Shown piece after piece: positions 11,605 through 25,698 of a stretch of 64,000 nucleotides of DNA. The translations under genes and the position numbers were made by a program. Position 1 is the first letter of the stretch. Every line of letters begins with the position of its first letter. The notes beneath the pieces are model-generated. The model had not been told where the DNA came from. It did no database searches and was given only the letters and a program-made list of their open reading frames with translations. This stretch comes from Tubulanus polymorphus (taxonomy: Eukaryota > Animalia > Nemertea), in the NCBI RefSeq assembly GCF_964204645.1, contig NC_134027.1:15718485-15782484 (forward strand), given 5' to 3'.

Positions 11605-13317
11605 TGATTACTTATATTTGATCATATCACTAATCCAAAAATAATTGCACTTACAACTGTAACTAAAAATAAGATTATATGTTCAGCAGCAAAGTTAAGA
11701 ATATTCCCAGCAGATTTCAATATAAACCAACAATCGATGCTATAATTCCAGGTAAAGCTGCAGATTTTTTAGATAGTTCCCATAGATATTTTGCTAATTT
11801 TTTAAACCATCTTTAACTTTATCTTGTATTGAATTAGTACTCGGTGGTTTATCCGGTTTGTAAGGTGTAGGTGTAGATTTTAATAAATTTGATATTGCTA
11901 AACCTATTGTTGTAAATAACATAGTTACAGCTGTTAGAATTGAAAGAATTGTTATTCTTTCTAACTTAAATAATAATCTTATTCTATCTTTCAATGATAT
12001 TTTAGAATCTGGTTTTATTATTAAATCTTTAAAAATAACTTTTAATTTCTTAATATGATGAAGATCAAATGATTTTAATAATATATCTCTTTCTTTTTCC
12101 TGTATATCTTTGTTATATTTTAAATCATCAATTTCTTTTTCTAAAGCTAACTTTCTGCTTTCATAATCAGGTTCCTCGATTAATTGAAGATCTCTATTTA
12201 ATTCTAATTGTTTTAATTCTTCATTTGCATCAGTTAATTCTTTTTCTAACATGGTTATTTTAGAAAATCTCATCTTAATATTAGCAATTTTACCAGATGA
12301 TTCTTGCATACCTTTAATTTCTCTACGCGCTTGTTCAGGAAATATTCTTCTTCATTTAAATCAAGTAATCCTTTTTCTAATAAATGTTGTATTTGATTTG
12401 TTCCAGTTTCAGTACCAGGTGTATCTAAAATACTATTCATCTCTTATTCAAATGAATGAACTGTATCTAACATGCTATCAAAATATTTTACTAATTGTAA
12501 TTGACTTGAACCGTTATCAATTTATTGAATATCTCTTCTCGATGTTTCTGGTGAAGTTCTTAATTTATCTAATCGATCTCCATACTCTTCCATTTCTGGA
12601 TCAACATAAGTAGGATTTAAATTTGGATTTTTAAATGGTGAATATTTGTTAATAGCAATACCAACATTTGGTTCTTCTTCATTTATTCTATCGAGTGCAT
12701 TCCATATAATTCTGAGAAATTCTGTACCACCTTATGAATGTTCAATTGAAGATCCTGCTCGCATTTCAGGATGGTACAGATCTTCTTGCCCCATTTTAGA
12801 GAATTGAATTGATACAGTTTTGTTATTTAATTCAACATTATAGTACCATGAATCATTTTTAAATTCTAAATTATTCATGAAATGTATGTCATCTTTTGCT
12901 AACTTGTTCTGAAATATCTTCTGGTTCAATGTTATCTGTTACATTTTTTGGTAATAATTCTTCAATAACTGTATTTGTTACACTATGTTTTATGTATAAT
13001 AATTCTTTTTTGAATTCAGGGTTTTCTGTTCTTTCTAATCTATTAATTAAATCTTTTCTTTCTGGTCTAGTTTTGATTATTATCTCATCGCGGGTTCTTA
13101 AATAATCTATTAATTTTTCACTTGTTTCAGTATCATCTTTAAATTCATCGTAATCAAATAATATAGGCCCACTAGAATCATCTTCATCATTATTTAAATT
13201 ATTATTATATGCTGATCCACCATCATTATCAATATTAGTTTCATTAAAATCAGGTTGTGGTTCGTCCCCTATACCAGGGGTGTCACCAAAAGTATCCATT
13301 GGAATATCTTCTTCCAT
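11605..13317 (-). pseudogene. Coiled-coil/hydrophobic membrane-active protein, copy A (frameshifted)
   Basis: The C-terminal region is near-identical to 28760-29782. The N-terminal ~230 codons are divergent. Confidence 0.8.
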
Positions 13318-13332
13318 TTATATAATAAAAAA

Positions 13333-16300
13333 TTAAAATTTAAAATATAATATTCCTCCTATTACAATTCCTATACAAGTTATAGCTAATTTAGTATTTT
13401 CATGGGATTTATTATCATTATTACTTTTAATTATTTCATGTTGAATAATATCAGTTTTTATATTTTCTGATGTATTGTAATCTTTTATTCTAGAATCATT
13501 ATTTAATTTGATATTTTTAGTTTTAGTTTCAGTTGATTGAATATAATTTTTAATTTTTTCACCTTCCATTTATTTTTGAGCGGTAATAATCTTTTTATTT
13601 ATGTCATTTAACCCAAACTTATTATTTATTGTTGCAGTTTTAATCAATTTATTATAACCAATTATATTTCCAATCTTTAAAATTAAATCATCAGATATAA
13701 TTAATAAATTAGGTCCTATACAATAATTTAATCTTACATGAGATTTATCTAAATAATTTTGGTACCTGACTATATTTTCTGGAATTGATCTATTTTTATC
13801 ATTATGAATTGAATCTTCAAATAATACTTTGAATTTTTTTGTGTATCAAATGAAGTATTATCATTTCCAACTATTGGTGACCTTGTTTCAACTTGTGCAC
13901 CTAAAATACATATCAAATAAGTTCTAATTGATAGATTTATTTTCTGAATTCCAGCTTTAGTAAAACCTTCACTATTTTTTAAAATGAAATTAATCCATCC
14001 ATTATTATTTTGTTGTTGTATATTATTATAATATTTTGGTAATTCATTCCAATTAAGTGTTCTTATATCTGTACTTGTTATTATTTTACCACATTCTCTA
14101 GTATATAATATTCCTTATCCGCCTATTGTACCTATTTTGCTCTTAAATCGTTATTTGAATTAATATTAAATTCATTACATATTTCATAAAACTTAGATAG
14201 ATTTATATTATTATCCAGTTCTTTGAAATATTTTGATCCAGGTAAAGGACATTCTAATTCATTTAATATTAATTTTATTTGAAAATATGTATGAAATCTA
14301 AAAAGAGATAATATTAATGGTAAACTTGGTTTATTTAAATGATCATTCCAACTTATACCACACCCTGTTGTAGCACAATAAACAGCAAAATTTAATTGGT
14401 TCTGCCAATATTTCATATTAGATTTTAATAACCATTGTTTTGCCTCATTTAAATTTTTAAAATTAATTACGTAAATATTGAATATATTTTCCACCTTAAC
14501 ATTGAAATTATAAGTTTCAGTAACATAAATATCTAAATTAATTTATGAATTTAAAACTTCATTTCTATATGAAATATCTTTATTAAAATCTATTGCTGGA
14601 ATACTATATTCAATTGATTTATTATATTGAAAAATTTATGGAAAACTAATTGCAATTTATATAATAAAAAATTAATAATTTATTAATTCTTTTAATAATT
14701 TATCCTGCTCTTGAATTGTTATGTTACCATTTAAACTTATTATATAATCCAGGAAGAAAGACACTCTAAATATTTGGATGGATATATGAAAGCTGTGGGT
14801 ACTGGAGTGTGTAATGGGTAGTGTAGTGTGATCTGTGTGCATTTGTGGCCAGCACATTGTTCATTGGGGTTTGGTCCAGGACTCGCGAGATTTTCAACAA
14901 CACGGAAGTAACGTGTAATAAATGATGACTTGAATTGCATGACTACCTACCACCCCTCATTATTGTTGGAAAACTAAACGTTCGGCACCGACTAAAAATT
15001 AGTAATAACATTTTAGAAATGGCCAGAATTTTAACTTAGGTTCTATCTCATTTTTATTTTACAATTGCGATTGGTATAATTTTTTTTAAACGGCCGTTAA
15101 GGCTTCATGTTTCGTCTGCAATTCACTGCAAATAGTTACGCAACTACGCACATTCCATTGTTTTGGCAGCTGTACACTCAATCGGCACCGTTGTAATTGT
15201 AACTGAACTACTAATAATAAAATAATATATAATATTTTTTCTTTTTAATTTTTAAATCATTTTCAAATTCTAATATTTGTTTTTCCAAATATAGTTTAAA
15301 TTTAGTTTTATTTATATCATTAGGAATAATATCAACATTATCAATTTTATCATCCATTTAATTAGAAAAGAAATTACTTATTAGTAAATTTATAAGCAAC
15401 AAATAATACAATTACTGTTCCACCTAAAATCCAAATTATTTCATATTTCTTATGTTTATTACTTGTGGTATAATAATCTGATAATTTAGGTTTATATAGA
15501 TGTAATTTTGTTTGTTTGTTACTGCGTTATATAAACTCATAGCTTCATCGACTGATTTAAAATCTCTATGTGTAATTTTCTGGTTTTATAATTCTTTATT
15601 GATATAATCCTTATAATTTTGTCTTTTTTCTCTATATTCTTCTGCTGCTTAATTGTATTTCTCTAATGCTAAATTATGTCTTCTTTGTTCTGCTAATGAA
15701 CTATTTTTTATCAATATGCTTAAATAAATACCCACCACCTGTAAATGCTAAAGCATTAACAATTGCCGATCCTATAATAGTTATAATTGCAGATGCCATT
15801 TATTTAACAAAAAAATTACGCATTTATATAGGAGAAATATATTTTTGTTTTTCTAAATAATCAATAGTTAAATTAGATAAAGTAACTGCTAACGTTAATT
15901 TTAAAATATCATTGATATCAAATTTATCAACGTTACCCCTTCCCATTCTAAATAATTTTTTTAATACCATTGTATAACCAACAGATAACAACTGATAATA
16001 ATGCTCCATTATATAACCCATTTGATATCCACTTATTATCACTCATTTATTAATTAAAAAAATTAATTTCTTCAAAATATTTTGTTATCATACTTATAAT
16101 TATTTCAACATTGATAATATTATTAGTTTCATTTTTATATATTTCAGTTATTATTTGTTTAATATTTGTTTCAATAATGAAATCTTCATCTAATTCATAA
16201 AATCTTAATGACTCTCTAATTAAATCAGTAATCTTTTCTACATTAAAAGATTCTTTATTTATTGTTGTTCCATATACAAATGTTGTTTCATTAAAAATGT

Positions 16301-17545
16301 AATATTTTTGATATGAGTTATTACATCATTAATGTTAAATTTCATTCACGTTTAAAATCAAATCCAAAACATATACTCGGTCCAACAGTTATATTCATTT
16401 ATATAGTGAAAAAATTATTCTTTACATCTTATAACTAATTCATAAATTACAGGAAAGTTATTCAAATCAATTAAGTAACCATTATGATTTCTTATTTCTA
16501 ATCTAAAATTATTAAATTTAGGAATACATGGTTTGAAATCACACTCAGCTAAATTATAACTTATTTGTGTTCCATATTGTTTAACATTTTTTAGTGGTAA
16601 AATATTTAATATACTAGACTTACAAATTGTATCTTTAGTTGCTTCAAATGTTTTTCAATTAAATTACAATTAATATAAAAGTGTGTAAAAGGCAATATAT
16701 TTGAATTACCGTCTATGTTTCCTGTAACAGTATCTGGTGCAATTCCTAGCAATTTAGCTAATGGTTTTTTTTTGCCATAAATGCGTTTTGACTTTCATCA
16801 TATACCTTTATTTTAATTTTTGTTGTGCTATCTCTTTTTATAAATCTAATAACAAATTTATTATCTCTTCTAATTTTCAACCGTGCTCTTCGATTAATTT
16901 CTTGAGCTAATGTTTCTAAATTATATAATCCTGGTTTTAAAATTAGATGAAACCATTTATTTATATTTCTAATATGAATTAAAAAAGTATTATCTTCAAT
17001 AGTTTTATCCGTTATATTATATAAAAAGAATTACATAAACTTACATTTACTAATTTTAAATCTACGCAATTCTTAAATTCTCTATCTAATTGTACTAGTA
17101 AATTATGCGATTTAGAATTTAACAGTTTTCTAGAATCAACATATATTCCATATTCTTTTAATTTATCTTGCATTCATTTTACATATTTTTTTATTCGAAA
17201 TCTATATCATGGTGCCCTTTTTCACTCATACCTTTGTATATGAAATAGAAATCACCAGAACATAATTCTTCTAGATCTTCACTAGATAATCTATGAAATC
17301 TATCTGGTAAATATGTTCTTAATTTATATTTATTTCCTTTTAACCCTTCATATTCTAAGTGAATAACTCATTTATCTCCATATTTATTAGCAGCTGTATC
17401 AATATTTGTAATTAAATATTTCTTATGAATTGTTAGTTCATTTAACTTCTTAAATTTATAATCCACAGATTTTACATTTGTAGTATCTTTAATTCTATCT
17501 AGAAATGATTTGTTGTTCTCACTGTGTACTTGTTTACTCTCCATT
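13333..17545 (-). pseudogene. Decayed copy A structural block (homologues of the B genes at 26838, 26388, 25921, 25699, 25342, the penton and the SSB-like gene)
   Basis: ORF fragments 13333-13569, 14132-14494 and 15824-16042 match B proteins. Nucleotide collinearity continues to 17545. Confidence 0.85.
14751..15191. other. Foreign higher-GC insertion replacing the middle of a Polinton A gene
   Basis: Polinton homology stops at ~14750 and resumes at ~15192. The sequence between has no match in copy B. Confidence 0.55.
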
Positions 17546-17611
17546 TTAATAACAAATTTTTATTAAAATTGAATTATAGCCGATTACCATGTAATAATCC
17601 TTTTCATAATC

Positions 17612-19684
17612 TCATTCTCTTTTGACTCTTCTCTTTTTAGATTTCAAGTATTCATCTAAATTACAACCATAAGCAACTGTGTGTATACCATCATCGAGAA
17701 TATATCTTTTATCATCGAAAGGATTCAAACTTATCTTATCTATCTCTTCAATAAACATTTCATGATCTTCTGATCTTAAAACATTTCATCTTATGTTTTC
17801 TAACTTCTTCATTAAATATACAATTGATGTAATCTTTGAAATGAATATTCTTTTTCACTTCGCTTTTGGTAATTCCTTTCAATTTCTTTGATTCATGAGT
17901 TTTAGTTTTATATGAATACATTTTAGATCGAATTTCAATGAACTCTATCATTTCTTCACCTCCTAATTCATCCTTTAACTTCCCTGGCACCTTTTTATTA
18001 TCATTGTTAAACAATTCATGATCCTTAGGATAATTACTAAAGTCAAAATGATGTTTTAATGTTTTTAAATCATCTGTTATGTTATTAGTTTTTATCTTTA
18101 ATATGTAACTGTCAGTATCAAAATATAAGATTTCTATATGCTTTTGATATGATATGATATGATTTATTTGCATAAAAGATTGTTACAGAGTTTACAAATG
18201 AATACACAATATATGGAAAACAATGTACCAATAAATTATGCGAGGAATTAGAAGCCAAAGTTGGCTTAATCTAGTCCTAATCCCTCGTCCATACACTCTC
18301 ACATACACACAGACATATACACCAATTCACATTCATTCCTAGTTTACCAAACAAACCAAATATACATAATATACATAGACAATTGCAGATAAAGTAATGT
18401 GGCACGTTATAAAAGATTACACAGATAATTAATAAGTGGAACGAAGATAACGCTGAAGCTGAATTTTGAAGTTGGATATCGAGTCTAGATATTTTAATTT
18501 CTCTGGTAAACTATTCCAGAATTTCGCTCCTTGAATTTTCATAGATGTATACTTGTATTTAGATTTAGCAAATTCTATTGATAAGGCCATAGGCCTGCGA
18601 CTAGAACGAAGATTTTGGGTGTTCCTGGGAATGAAAAAATCTTTGAAAATAGTCGGTAATAAAAGGTTGATACTTAAGAAGGCAAGCGATCCAATTTGAT
18701 GTCTGTAAATGTCATCCAGTTTAAGAATTTCTAATTTCCTGAAAATCGGGGATGTATGTTCAAGCCAATCTGAACGAGTGATTATCCGAAGGGCTTTTTT
18801 CTGAAGGATGTATAATGGTTGCAAATAAATTTTACAGGCATTTCCCCAAATAAGATTGGCATAATGTAGGTGTGAGTGAACGAAACAATAGTAGAGATTT
18901 TTTAGAATTTTTTCTCCAAAATGAGGTTGTAATACGTTATAATAGAATTCATACATTAATAACTTTGATATTTCTAAAACTGAAGCACCAACATAGATTG
19001 GTTTATTAAATTTCATAGAAGTTCTCCTCATTTTAACTGCAGCTAAATTTTCATCAAATATTCTGTTACCTATGAACTTAGGATATGTTTGTAAATGTCT
19101 AATTCTTCTACCATTACTAACTAACTCAATATCATTTCTATTTCTAATATTTTCACAAGTTTTTCCATAGAATTCATTATTCATTAACTTGAAGAAATCT
19201 TTCTCAAAATCAGTTTTAGCTTTAGTTAGCTTGTTTGTAGGATATCATTGGAAAAAGGTAGTTTTTGCCAGATGTTTGAAAGAATGTTTTGAGGTGAATT
19301 TTGATGCGGGGTTGGCGGTGTTTGTTTTGAAAATAAAGAATATGCGTGGTCGTAATACGTTGTAATACGAGGTTGTAATGCGAGAATGTAATACGTTATA
19401 ATAGAATTCATACATTAATAACTTTGATATTTCTAAAACTGAAGCACCAACATAGATTGGTTTATTAAATTTCATAGAAGTTCTCCTCATTTTAACTGCA
19501 GCTAAATTTTCATCAAATATTCTGTTACCTATGAACTTAGGATATGTTTGTAAATGTCTAATTCTTCTACCATTACTAACTAACTCAATATCATTTCTAT
19601 TTCTAATATTTTCACAAGTTTTTCCATAGAATTCATTATTCATTAACTTGAAGAAATCTTTCTCAAAATCAGTTTTAGCTTTAG
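17612..19684 (-). pseudogene. polB: Protein-primed PolB C-terminal fragments, copy A (interrupted by a LINE and a duplication)
   Basis: KLMNNEFYGK (present twice), KPIYVG, YFDTDS, KLKGI and DDKR motifs. Confidence 0.9.
18146..18909 (-). mobile_element. 5'-truncated CR1/L2-group LINE inserted in PolB A
   Basis: RT C-terminal motifs LYYCFVHSHLHY...WG, LQKKALRII, HTSPIF and WNSLP, followed by AATAAA and a (CATAT)n tail at 18146-18170. It is in frame with PolB, giving the chimeric ORF 18429-19184. Confidence 0.88.
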
Positions 19685-19810
19685 TTAGCTTGTTTGTAGG
19701 ATATCATTGGAAAAAGGTAGTTTTTGCCAGATGTTTGAAAGAATGTTTTGAGGTGAATTTTGATGCGGGGTTGGCGGTGTTTGTTTTGAAAATAAAGAAT
19801 ATGCGTGGTC
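18928..19810. repeat. 424-bp tandem duplication spanning a PolB/LINE junction
   Basis: 18928-19351 repeats at 19387-19810 (offset 459), separated by a 35-nt filler. Confidence 0.92.
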
Positions 19811-20718
19811 TAAATATATGCTTTTTCTGATGTTGACTAAAGGAGATAAGTTTTCCGCGGTGAAGTAATTAGAAAAGTAATGGGGTGAAGATTTGATGGT
19901 GTTTTGAATAAAAAGTGCAGTTTTAAGGATGAGGACATCATTGATTTTGAGGATTTCAAGATTTTTGAAAAGTGGGTCTGTGTGTGCAGTGTACTTAGAG
20001 TTGGTGATTATTCGAACAATCTTCTTTTGGATTGGGAGGCATTTTTTATTATAAGGCGAGTGGCCCCAAGCCAACAAGCCATAGTTCAAATGAGGATAGA
20101 CTAAGGTGTAGTAAAGAGAAAGTAAATTTTGTGTGTCTAGGATGTTTTTAGTTTTGTTTATGATACCAGTAATTTGTGAAATTTTCTTGTGTATTTTGTC
20201 GATATATGGTTTCCAGTTCAGATTTTCATGTATTGTCAAGCCGAGGAAATCTATTTGTTTTACTCTTTCAAGTTCAAAGTTGCCTATTTTGATTTGTTGT
20301 ATGTGGTTTATGAATGGTCTTCTCTGATAATTATGAAATATGATATATTTAGTTTTGTTCAGATTAGGGGTTAGTTTATTAGCGATAAGCCAGTCATTCA
20401 ATATGTTTAGGTCATAATTAATATACTGTATGAGTGTGTTGAGGTGTGTATGAGATACAATGCAATTTGTATCGTCAGCGAATAATATGTACTTCATGTT
20501 TACCGTGGAGGCATAGATATCATTGATGTATATTAGAAAGAGAAGTGGACCTAGGATGGAACCCTGGGGTACACCGATGTGTGAGGATAGTGTAGAGGAG
20601 TTGTAGGATTTGTACGAAACGTATTGTTGACGATTAGAAAGATATGAGGAAAACCAATCTCTTGCTATTCCTCGGATGCCGTAATGTTCAAGTTTATCTA
20701 GTAGTATATCGTGGTCGA
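19685..20718 (-). mobile_element. CR1/L2-group LINE RT fragment
   Basis: DHDILLDKLEHYGIRG, GVPQGSILGPLLFLIYIND, LFADDT, FLGL, LYYTLVYPHLNYG and HTDPLF motifs. Confidence 0.92.
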
Positions 20719-20770
20719 TATTTCAATATTCATATTTGTGTGAGTTAGATTTTTAAACATTAAAAGTGTT

Positions 20771-23700
20771 AAAGTAAAATTTATAAAATCTGAATATAAA
20801 TCAATATATAATATAAATTCTCATTCACAACATATTATATCGAAACAACATATAGATGATAAATTAGATAAATGTTATAATGAAGTAAAAACTAAAATAG
20901 AAGAGAAATATTTTGAAGGATCTGGTTTAATATTTGATGAGATAATATTTATGACTTTACATGTTTATAACACAAAATATAATAAGTTAACTAAATCAAA
21001 ACCAATTGATGAAAATAATGTATCATATTATAAAGAACCAGATATTGAAGCATCGAGTTATATTAAACTACCATTTAAAACTAATGCTGTTATAAATGTA
21101 CAAAATGATGATGATAAATGTTTTCTATGGACAATTATAAGTTGTTTACATCCAACAGAAGATATTACACATAGTTTTAGATTAACTCATTACAAACCAT
21201 TTGAAAATAATTATAAGATAGATCCTGTTAGAATGTAGAAGTATCCTGTTAGAATTAAAAACATCCCAAAGATAGAAAGAGATAATAATTTAAGAATAAA
21301 TGTATTTGATTTAATCAAATTACCAAATACAAAAGGTAACAACATAAAACATTATACATTAGAACCTTTATATCTATCAAAAGATTATGATTCAAATGAT
21401 GTTATAGATATACTATATTATGAGAATCATTATAGGTGGATTAAACAAATCGATTTATTTTTTAAATCAGAAAATGATCACCATAAAATATATCTTTGTA
21501 GAAAATGTTTACATAAATTCAGTAATGAAAGTACATCATTAAATCATAAACAATTATGTGAAAATCATGATTATTGTAAATTAGTTTTACCAAATGAAAA
21601 GGATAAAATATTAGAATTAAAAAAATATGATTACAAAAATAAAGTACCATTTGTAATATATGGAGATTTTGAATCATTAAATAAAGAATTAACTGATCAA
21701 GATAGAAAAGAAATATATTATAAAAGAAAGAAATTAAATTCTAATGAAAATGATTTTTCAGATGAACCACCAAAAACAAATACAATTAAAAAGATTCATC
21801 AATCAGCTGCAGCTTTCGGGTTATATATAAAATCTGATTATCCAGAACTAATTGAAAGTGAATATTATGATTATAGAAATGAAAATGTTATCAATCATTT
21901 TTGTGACTTATTAATTGAATATGAAATAAGATTTAGTAAATTATTGAATACAAATATAGAAATTATAATGACAGAAGAAGATAAAGAAGCATTTGCGTTT
22001 GCAGATAAATGTTATTATTGTGAAAATATATTTAATTATAAAGATAAAAAAGTAAGAGACCATGATCATTTGAACGGAAAGTTTAGAGGCGCTGCACATG
22101 AGAATTGTAACTTACAAGCTAAGAAAATTAACTTTGTACCAGTTATATTTCATAATCTATCAGGATATGATGCACATTTATTCATCAAACAGTTATGCCA
22201 TAAAATAGAAGAAATCAATAATGAAATAGAAATATTAAATTCAAATAGATCAAAAGATAAAATACCAACTTATAAATTTAGAATGTTAGCTAAAACATCT
22301 GAGAATTATATATCATTCCAATTTGGGTGTTTAAGATTTATAGATTCATATAGATTTTTAAATAGTTCATTAGATAACTTATCAAAATCATTAGTTGATG
22401 ATGAATTAAAAATATCAAAGCAACACTATCCAAATAATGATGATTTCCAATTAATGAGATATAAAGGAGCAATTCCATATTCATTTTATAAATCACATAA
22501 TGATTTTAATATAACTGAATTATTGAAAGAACAATTCTATGATGAATTAAAAAATGAATATGTTAAAGATGAAGTATATAATAGAACATTGAATATTTGG
22601 AATCATTTCAAAATAGAAAATCATGGACAATTAGTAGATTTATATTTAAAATCAGATGTATTATTATTAACCGATATATTCGAAAGGTTTAGAGATGTAA
22701 ACCTAAAATATTTTAACATTGATCCTTGTCATTGTTATTCAAGTCCAGGATTAACATGGGATTGTGGATTAAAATTTACGGATATAAAAATGGATTTGTT
22801 AACAAATATAGATCAATTATTATTATTTGAAAAATCTATAAGAGGAGGAGTTTCAGGTGTATTAGGTGATAGATATTTCAATGTAAATGAAAACCCTGGA
22901 TATAAGTTATTATATATAGATGCAAATAATTTGTATGGTTGGGTAATGATGGAACCACAACCTTATGGAGTATTTGAATTAACTGAAGTTTTACAGAATG
23001 AAAATAATGATAAATTTGATTGGAAGAAAAGAATTCTAGATATTGCAGATGATTCAGATACTGGTTACTTCTTTGTTGTAGATTTAGAAATTACCAAAAA
23101 AGATCAAATTACCAAAAAAGAATTAAACCTGAAAATCATATTCATACAGAAAAGTTAATGGTAACTCAAGAAGATAAATATAATTATGTAGTACATTATA
23201 GAATGTTAAAGTTTTATTTGAATCAAGGAATGGTTCTAAAAAAAGTACATGGATATATTTCATTTAGTCAATCAAAGTGGTTAGAAAAATATATAGATTT
23301 TAACACCAAACAGAGAACTGAAGCTAAAACTGATTTCGAGAAAGATTTCTTCAAGTTAATGAATAATGCATTCTATGGTAAGACTTGTGAAAATATTAGA
23401 AATAGAAATGATATTGAGTTAGTTAGTAATGGTAAAAGAATTAGACATTTACAAACATATTCTAAGTTCATTGGTAACAGAATATTTGATGAAAATTTAG
23501 CTGCAGTTAAGATGAGAAGAACATCAATGAAATTTAATAAACCAATCTATGTTGGCGCTTCAGTTTTAGAATTATCAAAATTACTAATGTATGAATTCTA
23601 TTATAATGTATTACAACCACTTTTTGGAGAAAAGCATATAGAAATATTATATTTTGATACTGACGGTTACATATTAAAGATAAAAACTGATAACATAACT

Positions 23701-24159
23701 GATGATTTAAAAATATTAAAACATCATTTTGATTTCAGTAATTATCCTAAAGATCATGAATTGTTTAGCAATGATAATAAAAAAGTTCCCGGTAAATTCA
23801 AAGATGAATTAGGCGGTGAAGAAATGATTGAATTCATAGGTATTAGATCTAAAATGTATTCATATAAAACTAAAGAACATGAAGCTAAAAAGTTAAAAGG
23901 AATAACCAAAAGTGTAGTAGAAAAGAATATTCATTTCAAAGATTACATCAATTGTATATTCAATGAAGAAGTTAGAAAACATAAAATGAGATGTTTAAGA
24001 TCTGAAGATCATGAAATGTTTATTGAAGAAATTGAAAAGATAAGTCTAAACCCATTTGATGATAAAAGATATATTTTAGATGATGGAATTCATACAGTTG
24101 CTTATGGTTGTAATTTAGATGAATACTTAAAAGAGAAGAAACAAAAGAGAACGAGATAA
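20771..24159 (+). pseudogene. polB: Protein-primed family B DNA polymerase (5'-truncated, with stops and frameshifts)
   Basis: EGSG, INVQNDDDKCFLW, YGDFES (ExoI), an endoVII-like insert CYYC..VRDHDH..G..RGAAH..CN, FHNLSGYD (ExoII), YLKSDV, YIDANNLYG, KLMNNAFYGK, YFDTDG and DDKR. Confidence 0.95.
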
Positions 24160-24211
24160 TGAAAAGAATTCTAACGTGTTAATCAAATTTTAATAAAAAT
24201 ATGTATTATAA

Positions 24212-24550
24212 ATGGAGAGTAAACAAGCGAACAGTGAGAACAACAAATTACTTCTAGATAGAATAAAAGTTACTTCAAATGTCAAATCTGTAGATTATAA
24301 ATTCAAAAAGTTAACAGAATTAACAATTCATAAGAAATATCTAATTACAAATATTGATACAGTTACTAATAACTATGGAGATAAATTAGTTATACACTTA
24401 GAATATGAAGGATTAAAAGGAAATACATATAAATTCAGAACATATTTACCGGATAGATTTCATAGATTATCAAGTGAAGATTTAGAAGAATTATGTTCTG
24501 GAGATTTCTATTTCGTATACAAAGGTAAGAATAAAAAAGGGCACCATTAA
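24212..24550 (+). CDS. Small Polinton protein, putative OB-fold ssDNA-binding protein
   Basis: Pattern FKKLTEL...Y.I......YG.KL...L...YLPDRF...VYKG. Lies directly downstream of PolB and is conserved in copy A. The fold is inferred. Confidence 0.6.
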   Translation: MESKQANSENNKLLLDRIKVTSNVKSVDYKFKKLTELTIHKKYLITNIDTVTNNYGDKLVIHLEYEGLKGNTYKFRTYLPDRFHRLSSEDLEELCSGDFYFVYKGKNKKGHH

Positions 24551-24582
24551 ATAGATTTCGAATAAGAAAATATGTAAAATAA

Positions 24583-25325
24583 ATGGTAGAATTTAAAGAA
24601 TACAGAATATTTGTTGATTCTAGAAGACTTACAGATTATAAATCACATAATTTACTAGTACAATTAGATAGAGAATTCAAGAATTGTGTTGATTTAAAAT
24701 TAGTAAATATAAGTTTATGTAATTCTTTTTATAATATAACGGATAAAACTATTGAAGATAATGCTTTTATGATTCATATTAGAAATGTAAATAAATGGTT
24801 TCACCTAATTTTAAAACCAGGATTAGCTCAAGAAATTAATCGAAGAGCACGGTTGAAAATTAGAAGAGATGATAAATTTTTAATTAGATTTATAAAAAGT
24901 GATAGCACAAATAAAACTAAAATAAAGGTATATGATGAAAGTCAACATGCATTTATGGCAAAAAAACCATTAGCTAAATTGCACCAGGAATTGCACCAGG
25001 TACTGCTACAGGAAACATAGATGGTAATTCAAATATAATACCTTTTACACACTTTTCTATTTATTGCAATTTAATTGATCCTACAAAAACTTTCGAAGCA
25101 ACTAAAGATACAATTTGTAATTCTAGTATATTAAATATTTTGCCATTAAAGAATGTTAAACAATTTGGAACTCAAATAAATTATAATTTAACTGAATGTG
25201 ATTTTAAACCTTGCATTCCTAAATTTAATAATTTTAGATTAGAAATTAGAAATCACAATGGATACTTAATTGATTTGAATAACTTTCCTGTGATATATGA
25301 ATTAGTTATAAGATGTAGAGAGTAA
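24583..25325 (+). pseudogene. Minor capsid protein (penton, single jelly-roll), frameshifted
   Basis: N-terminal IFVDSR...L...FKN...LKL.....NSFYNI, an IYCNLI motif and C-terminal EIRNHNGYLIDLNNFPVIYEL. Comparison with copy A shows a frameshift near 24980 and an 18-bp deletion near 24820. Confidence 0.75.
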
Positions 25326-25341
25326 TTTTTTCACTATATAA

Positions 25342-25698
25342 ATGAATATAACTGTTGGACCGAGTATATGTTTTGGGTTTGATTTTAAACATGAGAAAGA
25401 AATGAAATTTAACATTAATGATGTAATTACACATATTAAAAATATTGCATTTTCTAATGAAACAACATTTGAGTATGAAACAACAATAGATAAAGAAACT
25501 TTAAATGTAGAAAAGATTACTAATTTAATTAGAGAATCTTTAAGATTTTATGAATTAGATGAAGATTTTATCATCGATGATATTAAAAAAATAATAATTG
25601 AAATATATACAAATGAAACTAGTAATGAAATAAATGTTGAATTAATCATCACTAAGATAACTAAATATTTTGATGATAGTAATTTTTTCGATAAATAA
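25342..25698 (+). CDS. Polinton hypothetical acidic protein
   Basis: Open ORF starting at TAAATG, conserved in copy A (~16050-16398). Confidence 0.7.
   Translation: MNITVGPSICFGFDFKHEKEMKFNINDVITHIKNIAFSNETTFEYETTIDKETLNVEKITNLIRESLRFYELDEDFIIDDIKKIIIEIYTNETSNEINVELIITKITKYFDDSNFFDK

Larger units (their letters stand above)
5245..19684. mobile_element. Polinton/Maverick copy A: decayed, rearranged, inverted relative to copy B
   Basis: Carries homologues of copy B genes in mirror order (HNH, two small ORFs, integrase on +; capsid block, penton, SSB-like gene, PolB C-terminus on -). The MCP N-terminus differs from B at 17 of 163 aa. The ATPase, integrase C-terminus, MCP 3' half and most of PolB are deleted. 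Confidence 0.92.
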
